Positions 37,901 through 46,317 of a stretch of 64,000 nt of DNA are shown one piece after another. Source of the stretch: an uncultured Butyrivibrio sp. GTDB lineage: Bacteria > Bacillota > Clostridia > Lachnospirales > Lachnospiraceae. The translations under genes were made by a program, and so were the position numbers. The stretch spans positions 67,674-131,673 of the forward strand of contig CAMORK010000001.1 in the NCBI GenBank assembly GCA_946623755.1, given 5' to 3'. Numbering within the stretch: position 1 is the first letter of the stretch; every line of letters starts with the position of its first letter. Below the pieces are notes generated by a model. That model was given only the letters and a program-made list of their open reading frames with translations. It did no database searches and was not told the origin of the DNA.

Positions 37901-38584
37901 AGTATCATCTCCTCTCAATCTGCTATATAACTCTCCGTGCAGATTCGCACTTATCTGGAGAACAGCATCAGCATTTCTTCTATCTCCAGGTTCTTTTAAC
38001 TTACTTGCCTCTTGCACAAATTGCCTGATTTCCTGTTCTGTAGCATTTTGCGACATTACGGAAAAAGCCATCAGTTCTCGATCTTTTAATTCATCAGTGA
38101 TAACTATTCTTACAGGTAACTCTATCAACCCTTTTATAGCATATACCCCAGGATACTCTGACACTATGCTCTTGCCATCATTAACCAGATCTTTGAATAG
38201 TTTTACCGGTTTTTTGGCCCTAAATATGGAAACTGTGACATCTGCTATTCTTATTTCATTAACAGTCTCTCCAAAGCTCTTGTACAAAGTTGCATAACCA
38301 AGAACTTTCCAGAGAACATCGATGTTTAATTCGTCATCAGGATTTTTATATTCTATAATGTTGTGCCCACGGAATCCTCTTCCTATGGCATTGTCAATAA
38401 TTGCATCCGGAGTTTTCTTAATAACAAGAAAATCAATTCTTAATGGCTCACTTGATAAATAGTGCTCTCTTTCAATGTTAATAAAATAAGCATAGTTTCT
38501 TAAACTAAGCCGCAAGCCGCCCTCGAATCCGGTATGCCAATCCAATCTCGAATTAGCATCGAGACCATTTGTTTCTTCATTCAT
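37682..38584 (-). CDS. PD-(D/E)XK nuclease-like protein with Rpn-type C-terminal tail
   Basis: LRIDFLVIKK..HNIIEYKNP; tail MCEALRELM..KGIEKGIEKGIEK; RBS AGGAGG. Confidence 0.8.
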   Translation of the reverse strand: MNEETNGLDANSRLDWHTGFEGGLRLSLRNYAYFINIEREHYLSSEPLRIDFLVIKKTPDAIIDNAIGRGFRGHNIIEYKNPDDELNIDVLWKVLGYATLYKSFGETVNEIRIADVTVSIFRAKKPVKLFKDLVNDGKSIVSEYPGVYAIKGLIELPVRIVITDELKDRELMAFSVMSQNATEQEIRQFVQEASKLKEPGDRRNADAVLQISANLHGELYSRLRGDDTMCEALRELMADDLKEAESKGIEKGIEKGIEKRDCQKIMEMLKDGKTPEAIVEFCKYPMEQVLKVQEEMLVKK

Positions 38585-38748
38585 CTAAAGTATAACACCT
38601 CCTATTTTCTCCAACAATAAATGATAGTTAACTGCAGATTAACATGTGGAATCACCAATACTTCTGACTGTAACCAAATGCAATGAATGCATCCTAAATA
38701 TTGGTTTTGCCAATATGGCTGAATGTGGTATTGAAAACCAACAAACCA

Positions 38749-38809
38749 AAGATATCACAAGCTCTTTTCCCTGTAAACCACTTTGGAGCAATCTTAAGAA
38801 AGCCTTAAG
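38749..38809 (-). promoter_or_regulatory. Promoter with CTTAAG-N5-CTTAAG box
   Basis: CTTAAG at 38793 and 38804; TTTACA-17-TATCTT with TG extension. Confidence 0.5.
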
Positions 38810-38876
38810 AACTTTATGTAATTATGCAAAAGAAAAGACTGTGCAGCGTTTGCCACACAGTCCATATAATCTTTTA

Positions 38877-39578
38877 TTAGTATGCTCCGTCCTTCCCAAA
38901 CACCGCCGGGAAAGTTCTGAAGATCAGCTCGATGTCTTTAGCAATACTCATGTCTTCGATGTACTGTAGATCTAACTCTACCCATTTATCCCATTTGATC
39001 TTGGCTCTGCCACATACCTGCCAATAGCAGGTAAGACCTGGCTTTACGATGAGACGCTGCTTTTCAAAGCCATTGCACTCTTCCATCTGGTGGTAGAGGA
39101 TTGGTCTTGGTCCGACGATGCTCATGTCGCCTTTGATAATGTTAAAGAGCTGCGGGAGTTCGTCTATTGAATATCTTCTGATGAATTTTCCAACATGGGT
39201 GATTCGAGGATCATTTTTAATCTTGAAGGCATGGCCTGTCTGCTCATTCTGCGCCTGCATGCGTTCAAACTGAGATTCAGCGTTTCGGTACATGCTTCTA
39301 AATTTATATATCTTGAAGCTCTTCATATCTTTTCCGGCTCTTTGCTGGGTAAAGAAAACAGGGCCTCCGTCTTCCATGATGATCGCCAGGGCTGTGATTA
39401 AAAATATTGGAGAAAGTAAGATGAGCGCGATTGACGCAGCAACTACGTCGAAAGCTCTTTTGATCCATTTATAGATGTTGGGCTTATGGTCATAGATTTC
39501 CTGATAGTTCAGCTCAATGATCTTCCGTCCGGTGATGTTCTGCAGAGCTTCTTGGCGAAGCGCAGCTGTTTTTGCCAT
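38877..39578 (-). CDS. Priming glycosyltransferase (bacterial sugar transferase)
   Basis: KRAFD, YKFRSM, DPRIT, IDELPQL, GDMSIVGPRP, KPGLT; start MAKT behind AAGGGGG. Confidence 0.92.
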   Translation of the reverse strand: MAKTAALRQEALQNITGRKIIELNYQEIYDHKPNIYKWIKRAFDVVAASIALILLSPIFLITALAIIMEDGGPVFFTQQRAGKDMKSFKIYKFRSMYRNAESQFERMQAQNEQTGHAFKIKNDPRITHVGKFIRRYSIDELPQLFNIIKGDMSIVGPRPILYHQMEECNGFEKQRLIVKPGLTCYWQVCGRAKIKWDKWVELDLQYIEDMSIAKDIELIFRTFPAVFGKDGAY

Positions 39579-39716
39579 ATAATACCCCCTTATAGGTTTT
39601 GATCTCATCCTGAGGAAATCCATAACGGCATCCGTGCCCACTAGTTATATCGGCATTTAGACCTAATAACATTAGGGTTATTGAGCTTTTTTTCGCAAAC
39701 AACATTACACTATTTT

Positions 39717-39785
39717 AATTATACCCCATATATTGTGATTTGTCACAAAAAAAGCATAGATTTTGTGTTATACAAAATCTATGCT
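39717..39785 (-). promoter_or_regulatory. Terminator plus promoter module, copy 3
   Basis: AGCATAGATTTTG..CAAAATCTATGCT hairpin, U-tract, GTGACA-17-TATAAT. Confidence 0.78.
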
Positions 39786-39793
39786 AAGATCTG

Positions 39794-41374
39794 CTAATTC
39801 GGAGAAACCTTCTCCAAAACCGCTTCAATGCCGTCCTTTCTGGTGTATGAAGTGCCTCCGTCCATCAGGTCTTCATTTTTGACTGTCGAAGCGATAAAAG
39901 TGTTCTGCTCGGCTATCCTGTAGACTTCAGACTCGGTTTCCAGACCCTTTACGAGCGGTGTTTCCTCCACAGAGTCAAAATTGTCAAAAAGCACAGAACC
40001 TGCCGGAACTGTATTAGGATCCAGTTCATCAAGCTGCTGCATATAATTAAGATAGCCGACGCAGAATTTAAGTGATTCCGGATCTCCCTCGCATTCCGTT
40101 CTGTCTCCGTTATAATTTCCTTTGATGAAACGTTTTGTAAAATCCTCTGTATCGCTGTACATTCCATCAGAGATATCGGCGATGACTTCATCAAAAGTAT
40201 AACCCTCATGCATTTGGGAAAGGATAATACTGAGTCCCTCACGCAGTTTTTTGCCGGATATAGATTCTATCCGGCCGTTATCATCCATAACCACCGCGGG
40301 ACTACCTTCGGATTTCTGGTAAGCCAGATCAGCCAGATAGAGACAGGCCATATATCCGGACACATATGTAGCTGCGTTCACATGCCCGTCGGAATTATCC
40401 TCTTTTGATGCCTCCAGATCATATCGTTCATCCCCTGTTCCTTCCATGTAGCCCTGGTTGGCATATATGAACTTAAGCTGATCGTTTGTGCAGGTGTCGA
40501 TATAGTCCTGTTTTTCGCAATCGTATCGATATTCATTGAAATAATCAATATCAGCCTGGTAGATATTTCCGACGCATCCGGCGATTCCTTCAATGAACCA
40601 GTAAGGAAAAGATGTCGCGCCTATCAGCTCTTCATAGTCTTCATCGGAAAGCTGTTCCTCCATGGCCGCATAATAGGTGGCAAAATCAGTAAATCCCGTC
40701 ATTCCGGTTCGATTGTAGTCATCCATGAAAACATGGAAAAGCTCATGGCAGAAAATAGTGTCCAGCTTTGCCAGCGTATCATCATCAACCTCAAAGAACG
40801 GATTGCCATTGTCGTCAAATTCACAGAGTTCCTTGGCATCAATGCAGATCATATACTCATAGTTCTCGCTGCCGTCCTCTTCTTCTTCACAAAATCCCCC
40901 ATTGACATAGGCTAAGGCACCGGGCGCAACATACTCATGCTCGTCTATTCCGTCATTGTCACCGTTTTCATAATAGATGTATAGGCTTATTTCCTTGCCC
41001 AGTCCGTCTTGTCCGGCAGCTTCAGAAAAACATGGGAAACTATCTGCCAGGATATTCACTGCCTGTGGCTCAACAGAGGTCGTGACAAGCTCAACAAGTT
41101 CCACCAGTTCATCATATCCAAGGGCGTCAATTGCCGTCTGAGAGCAGTGTGCATCCACGAGATAATAAGGTTTTTCTGTCTCTGTGTCTTCCGTCACTTC
41201 TTCATTAGGCTCTTCTGCCTCTACAACTTCCGTCACTTCTTCATTAGGATCAGGCGAAGGAGCTTGATTGTCATAATCCGGCTTTGAGCCACAACCTGAA
41301 AGCATGCTAAAACAGAGTGACAAAGCTGCAATCATCGCTATAATACGTTTATTATTCTTATTAGACATAGGCAT
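39794..41374 (-). CDS. Acidic lipoprotein with gluzincin (flagellinolysin-like) metallopeptidase motif
   Basis: Lipobox LSGC; HELFH, PYWFIEG, YVSGYMACLYLA. Confidence 0.7.
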   Translation of the reverse strand: MPMSNKNNKRIIAMIAALSLCFSMLSGCGSKPDYDNQAPSPDPNEEVTEVVEAEEPNEEVTEDTETEKPYYLVDAHCSQTAIDALGYDELVELVELVTTSVEPQAVNILADSFPCFSEAAGQDGLGKEISLYIYYENGDNDGIDEHEYVAPGALAYVNGGFCEEEEDGSENYEYMICIDAKELCEFDDNGNPFFEVDDDTLAKLDTIFCHELFHVFMDDYNRTGMTGFTDFATYYAAMEEQLSDEDYEELIGATSFPYWFIEGIAGCVGNIYQADIDYFNEYRYDCEKQDYIDTCTNDQLKFIYANQGYMEGTGDERYDLEASKEDNSDGHVNAATYVSGYMACLYLADLAYQKSEGSPAVVMDDNGRIESISGKKLREGLSIILSQMHEGYTFDEVIADISDGMYSDTEDFTKRFIKGNYNGDRTECEGDPESLKFCVGYLNYMQQLDELDPNTVPAGSVLFDNFDSVEETPLVKGLETESEVYRIAEQNTFIASTVKNEDLMDGGTSYTRKDGIEAVLEKVSPN

Positions 41375-41389
41375 TTCCCCTTTTCTTTT

Positions 41390-42073
41390 TTATATCCTGG
41401 CACACTCATACGTTTCCAGCGGCAGAGCAAGAAGTTCAACAATCTTAAGCTCGTCGCAGGCGTCATTTACTGCATTGTGAGTCTCTTGATAGCCGCCATT
41501 TCCCGTCAGCATATGCATAATGGGTTCAACGCCATAGTTACTCTTGAGGCGTCCGGTTTTACAACATGGAGCTGTCTCAGGGATGTACTTGTTGTACTGG
41601 CGATATGCAGCTATCCTCATGATATCGAACCACTCAAAGCCGCATAATTCCGGAAGATGTCCCAGATCAAACTTGGCATTATAGGCAAATATTCTGCTTA
41701 TGCCCTGATCCATCAAAAACTGCCCGATATCTGCCATTGCCTCATTCCTTGTACAGGTGATGGCTTTTGCATCCGTCTTGTACATAACTCCTGAATACAT
41801 TCCGCCTACGCGACACTCAGGATTAAAGATGTAATATCTTTTACCAAGTAATGCAAACGTCTCGGCATCTGCAAGTGCTACGCCCAGGGACATGACTTCG
41901 TCACACCAGTTGGTCTCTGTGTCGATGACCGCGATCATGTCTTTTGACGAATTGGGAACGAAAGGTGCTGATACAGGTTTTGGCGCCGGCGATGGTTGAG
42001 CAGCCTTGGTCCTCGGACTAGTCGAGGGTGTCTTTATCATATTAAGGAAATCGAGTGAAGAATTTACGTTCAT
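41390..42073 (-). CDS. DEDDh 3'-5' exonuclease-like protein
   Basis: IDTET, AYNAKFD, WFDIM, HNAVNDACD; TGnTATAAT 6 nt before the ATG (leaderless). Confidence 0.8.
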   Translation of the reverse strand: MNVNSSLDFLNMIKTPSTSPRTKAAQPSPAPKPVSAPFVPNSSKDMIAVIDTETNWCDEVMSLGVALADAETFALLGKRYYIFNPECRVGGMYSGVMYKTDAKAITCTRNEAMADIGQFLMDQGISRIFAYNAKFDLGHLPELCGFEWFDIMRIAAYRQYNKYIPETAPCCKTGRLKSNYGVEPIMHMLTGNGGYQETHNAVNDACDELKIVELLALPLETYECARI

Positions 42074-42105
42074 GGTGGTATTATACCATCTCTATCTTAA
42101 GGTGT

Positions 42106-42918
42106 TTACCTAAACCTTTTGCCAAACATCTCCATAACATTTTCCCTAATATCTTTGATATTAAGAGGGCAATACTCTGTTTCAAACGTCATGAGCAAGT
42201 TCTTGCCAAAATAGATTCCGTTCTTGCTGTAATCATTTAGTTTGATCAAATTTTTGGCTCGATATTCATCATCTTCAAGAATTCCCATATGCTCGTGGTA
42301 AATCACTCTCCGCCTCTTTACATCAAGCAAAGTAAAATCAGGATACTTGGCTCTGCCATCCTTTAAAACAAGCTTACACTCATATCTGTATGGAATTCCC
42401 AGGTCGTAATACATATCCGCCAACAGTTCTTCTGATTTTGAGCGAACCATCTCACCCTGATTTGTTGGATAAATCTTTTCCTCGGGTTTATAGGTGCTGG
42501 CTATGAATGATTCGCTTTGCCATGATTCGACGTAGGCTTTCTCATCAAGTATATAAGGTGAAATATACTTTCTTTTGCTTTTGTGCAATTCTTCCGCGGA
42601 CTTTTCAGCTGACCATTTATTTTGAAAATCAAGCAGATCGTCAATAATATCTATTTCTTTCCCGGCTCTTTGCAAAAAGACTCCATCGTATTCCTTCTGA
42701 ATCAGAGCTGTTACAAGAGGCTTGCTCTTCGCATTCATGTATTTCCCGCTAAAGCCGGTCTTGCTCGTAACATGGTAGAACTGCTGAAATCCATTGCCGT
42801 TTTGGGATGCTCTGATCCTGCCCTCAGGCGCATGCTTTAAATCTGCTTCTGCACATTTGATGGCATTCGAAAGCTCTTGTTTTCTATTTTGCAAAGCTTG
42901 CAAATAATCGTAATTCAT
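42106..42918 (-). CDS. PD-(D/E)XK endonuclease-like protein (T7 endonuclease I / Vsr-like C-terminal domain)
   Basis: VRSKSEELLAD..GIPYRYE..YPDFTL..IYHEHMG; N-terminal helix plus APEGRIR..FYH; RBS AAGGAG. Confidence 0.75.
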   Translation of the reverse strand: MNYDYLQALQNRKQELSNAIKCAEADLKHAPEGRIRASQNGNGFQQFYHVTSKTGFSGKYMNAKSKPLVTALIQKEYDGVFLQRAGKEIDIIDDLLDFQNKWSAEKSAEELHKSKRKYISPYILDEKAYVESWQSESFIASTYKPEEKIYPTNQGEMVRSKSEELLADMYYDLGIPYRYECKLVLKDGRAKYPDFTLLDVKRRRVIYHEHMGILEDDEYRAKNLIKLNDYSKNGIYFGKNLLMTFETEYCPLNIKDIRENVMEMFGKRFR

Positions 42919-42987
42919 TTATTCTTGCTCCTTTGGTATTTGGGATTTGATGGTTTTTTTGGGAATTTATATCGTAATTGGTGGATT

Positions 42988-43303
42988 TGTAGGACTAAGA
43001 AGGGATTGGATTGAAATCAGTCCGCAGTAATCAGGTATAATACTTGATCGATTCATTGCTTTGTCGGCCTATATAACTAATGAGTTTGCCTTAGTCCGAT
43101 ATGACACGCGAACTATATCGGCCTGATTTTCTGCTTATTATGAAGCAGTCCGACTTTATATTTGCAAAAGACATTTTCCACTTGATTCTGTCGTCTTGAT
43201 TTAAATGGAGTGAACTTCTAGTCCGACACACTCTCTAAAAAGCGACTCTTATCAGTGTCAGATGTCGGCCCAAAATGCGCCTGCATACAACTCCAGTCCG
43301 CAA
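42988..43303. repeat. Array of five palindromic units TGTCGGcCT-N22-AGTCCGaca with unique loops and linkers
   Basis: Units start at 42988, 43062, 43116, 43189, 43263; loops 22,22,22,22,23 nt; linkers 34,14,33,34 nt. Confidence 0.85.
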
Positions 43304-43396
43304 AACAGCAGGAAAAGCCTAGAAAGTCTCCAACATTCTATCCGCAAAACAGAGGAAAAGCCTAGAAAGTCTCCAACATCCTATCCGCAAAACAGA
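43297..43396. repeat. 43-44 bp tandem repeat, about 2.3 copies
   Basis: TCCGCAAAACAG(C)AGGAAAAGCCTAGAAAGTCTCCAACAT(T/C)CTA at 43297 and 43341, partial at 43384. Confidence 0.9.
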
Positions 43397-43783
43397 AGAA
43401 GAAAGCCCCAAAAAAGAAATTCCAACAAACATGCAGGAACCGGAAGACACTCATCCCGGGACTCGGCACAGAACCGCGTCCCACAAAGCCATGGCGTCAC
43501 ATCCCCCGGCACATGACATGACACAAAAATCAGTCACAGCCGATTTGCCAAAAGCCCACAAAAAAGGCAAGTAAAAGAACGCTGCAGAAAAGCGCAGCAA
43601 ACACACCCAGAGACAGTCCCTACATGTTTATTGTCTGAAGATATCACCCGGCAAAGAGACAGCGAATTCGACACGCTGCATGCCACGGATCCTGCCAGAA
43701 AACCCTAGCCGCAAAATCCTGAAGTGATTGCTCCGAACGGAGCAGAAATATTTTTATTCTTTCGTATATCAATCACCTAGGTC

Positions 43784-43866
43784 ACATTATCATCTAAAAA
43801 GAACCTTGTAAATAGGTTTGCTTCAATCTTAAGAATATCTATCGCAAATCTTAAGAAAGTCATAAG
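43784..43866 (-). promoter_or_regulatory. Promoter with phased CTTAAG boxes
   Basis: CTTAAG at 43828 and 43850, CATAAG at 43861; TTTACA-17-TAATGT with TG extension. Confidence 0.5.
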
Positions 43867-43937
43867 AATTACACGTTTTATCGATTACAGGCAATCAGCA
43901 TATCGTCCGCCCACTACAGAACAAGAAAAAAGGCAAG

Positions 43938-43971
43938 AAAAAAGACTGTGAAGCAAATCGCTTCACAGTCT
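43938..43971 (-). terminator. Intrinsic terminator
   Basis: 12-bp stem AGACTGTGAAGC/GCTTCACAGTCT with U-tract on the minus strand. Confidence 0.8.
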
Positions 43972-44018
43972 CATATTCTCTCTGTAAATCCAAATCAGGA
44001 TTCAGGCAGTTTCTAAAA

Positions 44019-44609
44019 TCACTTACCAAACTTAAGGAATCCGATCGATCCGACAATAGGTGCGTCCTTGGCCTTGCCCTGTAATACATAAATAATAGAG
44101 ATTACCTTGCAAACCAGAACGATAAGCATCAGAACTGCTCCAACGATCCATCCGATGATCGGAATAGCAAAGAACAGCAGGATTATCATAGAGATAATAT
44201 CGTACTGAATATTAACCTTAGTATGGAACTTAATAAACTCTGAATCCTTCACATACATTCCTGCAAGGATACCTGCAAGACATGAGAAGAAGTAAGGAAG
44301 CGCTGCAAAAAGCTTATTGTCAGCGATATCCCTGACATCAAAGTCTGCTGTGTGATCATTTGGATCAAATTTCTGGTACTGCTGGTATCCGGGCTGTGGC
44401 TGGAATCCCGGCTGAGGCTGGAATCCCTGCTGAGGCTGGAATCCGGGCTGTGGCTGAACACCGGGTGCCGGTGCAGGTGTAGGAGCCTGCTGGCCTGCCT
44501 CTGCGCCTGCTGCAGAAGCAGGAGTGCTCTCTGTAAGTGCACTGCCACAATTATTGCAAAATACTGCATCATCAGGAACCTGAGTTCCGCAATTAGCACA
44601 AATCTTCAT
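44019..44609 (-). CDS. Zinc-ribbon membrane protein (DUF4870-like C-terminus) with QPQ(P/Q)GF repeats
   Basis: CANCG..FCNNCG, 18-bp repeats, three TM segments. Confidence 0.82.
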   Translation of the reverse strand: MKICANCGTQVPDDAVFCNNCGSALTESTPASAAGAEAGQQAPTPAPAPGVQPQPGFQPQQGFQPQPGFQPQPGYQQYQKFDPNDHTADFDVRDIADNKLFAALPYFFSCLAGILAGMYVKDSEFIKFHTKVNIQYDIISMIILLFFAIPIIGWIVGAVLMLIVLVCKVISIIYVLQGKAKDAPIVGSIGFLKFGK

Positions 44610-44681
44610 CTTCTATACCTCCAAAACTTAAATTCTCATACTTTCCTATTTTACATTGATAGGTCAGTAAATTCAAGTTTA

Positions 44682-46295
44682 TCAGCAGTATTTCTGAAGA
44701 GTCTTCCTTACAGCTCCTGTGCCTGAAATAAGCTCCATAAAGTAATCGATGATCACATCAGAAAGTCCAACCTTCTCAAGGTCAACTCCAAAGATGGTAA
44801 CGTCATTAAGAAGCGGAAGAACTGCTGCCTTCACCTTATTTCTGTCGCTCTCTCCAAGCTTGATATCCTTGACAAAAGCCTGAGCTTTCTCAAGCATCGG
44901 ATCAGGGCTTGGTTCAAAGGAAACGCCCTCATCATTTACGCCCATGAGATAGCGGAGCCATCCGGCATGAACAAGAGGTATAAACTTAAGATTCTTGACA
45001 TCAAGTGTATCTGAAACTACATAAGCCTTGATTGTCTCGCCGAATCTGATAGGAAGCTTCTGTGAAGTATCACAGGCAATACGCTGTGGTGTGTCAGGCA
45101 TGAACACGTTTGGTATTCTTACGTTAACAACTGTGTCGATAAACTCCTTGGGACTGATAACCCCCGGATCTGTTACAACAGGAAGTCCCTCAACATATCC
45201 GATCTCCTTGACCAGCTTAACGAGATTCTCATCCTTCATCTCATCGGAGATCTTGGTAAATCCAAGTACGCATCCGTAAATAGCAAGAGCTGTGTGAAGA
45301 GGATTAAGGCATGTGCAAACCTTCATTCTTTCAACCTTGTCAACAGTCTCCTTCTCGGTAAAGATAACGCCAACCTTCTCAAGGGCAGGTCTTCCGTTAG
45401 GGAACTTGTCCTCGATTACAAGATACTCGCTCTCCTCAGCATTAACGAATGGAGCAACCCATGTCTTCATGGAAGTCACAACAGGCTCAAGGTCTTCTAC
45501 TCCGTCTTTCTTAAGAATCTCGTTAACTGAATCGTCGGGTCTTGGTGTGATCTTATCGATCATTGACCACGGGAAGCTCACCTTGTCCTCATCGTCGATA
45601 TATGACTCAAATCCGGGATCTGCCTTGCCTGCACGTACCCATTCCTTGGCAAAAGAGCTAACGGCTGCATAGAGTTTGTCCCCGTTATGTGAGCAGTTAT
45701 CTGTGCTCACCATGGCGATCTTCTTCTCGCCTGCTTTGTATCTTGCATATAAAAGAGCTGCAACCTTACCGATATAGCTCTTTGGAGCCTCAGGTCCGTT
45801 CTCAAAATCTTCCTTAACAGCAGGAAGTGTCTCACCTGCAGCATTTACGAGGCTATAGCCCTTCTCTGTAATAGTAAATGTAGCCATCTGAAGTGAATCA
45901 GCTGTAAAGATCTCTTTGAGTCTGTTAAATTCATCTGCTCTTGCAGAATCAAGAATGCATGACTCAGCAATACTTGCAATAACAGACTTCTCAACATTAC
46001 CGTCAGCCTTAAGAGTAACCAGGATTGAAAGATTGTCATGAGGTCTGTACATCTTCTCGATGATCTCATAATCAAATCCCTCAACAACAGTAAGTCCTGT
46101 ATCATCAAAGCCCTGCTCAAGCATCCTCTGAGAGAGATTAGCCTGAAAAGCCCTGAAAATATTGCCCGCGCCAAAGTGTACCCACTTAGGCTCAGCAACA
46201 GTCTTCGCTATCATCTTCTCTCTTTCGTATGAAGGAACAAAATATCCCTTCTCTTTCCACTCACTATTCTTAATAGAATCCTTATTTAATACCAT
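44682..46295 (-). CDS. uxuB: Mannitol dehydrogenase family (fructuronate reductase-like)
   Basis: HFGAGNIFRA, TITEKGY, DNCSHNG, MIDKITP; follows uxuA. Confidence 0.85.
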   Translation of the reverse strand: MVLNKDSIKNSEWKEKGYFVPSYEREKMIAKTVAEPKWVHFGAGNIFRAFQANLSQRMLEQGFDDTGLTVVEGFDYEIIEKMYRPHDNLSILVTLKADGNVEKSVIASIAESCILDSARADEFNRLKEIFTADSLQMATFTITEKGYSLVNAAGETLPAVKEDFENGPEAPKSYIGKVAALLYARYKAGEKKIAMVSTDNCSHNGDKLYAAVSSFAKEWVRAGKADPGFESYIDDEDKVSFPWSMIDKITPRPDDSVNEILKKDGVEDLEPVVTSMKTWVAPFVNAEESEYLVIEDKFPNGRPALEKVGVIFTEKETVDKVERMKVCTCLNPLHTALAIYGCVLGFTKISDEMKDENLVKLVKEIGYVEGLPVVTDPGVISPKEFIDTVVNVRIPNVFMPDTPQRIACDTSQKLPIRFGETIKAYVVSDTLDVKNLKFIPLVHAGWLRYLMGVNDEGVSFEPSPDPMLEKAQAFVKDIKLGESDRNKVKAAVLPLLNDVTIFGVDLEKVGLSDVIIDYFMELISGTGAVRKTLQKYC

Positions 46296-46317
46296 CTCTC
46301 TATTCCTCTCCTATAAC

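Noticed and set aside
42988-43303. CRISPR array call for the 74-bp periodic array
   Set aside because: Only two 9-bp arms per unit are conserved, there is no contiguous 23-47 bp direct repeat, and no cas gene is in the window. Reported as a different kind of array.
43262-43516. 84-aa plus-strand ORF
   Set aside because: Built from the array end and the tandem repeat, low complexity, no RBS.
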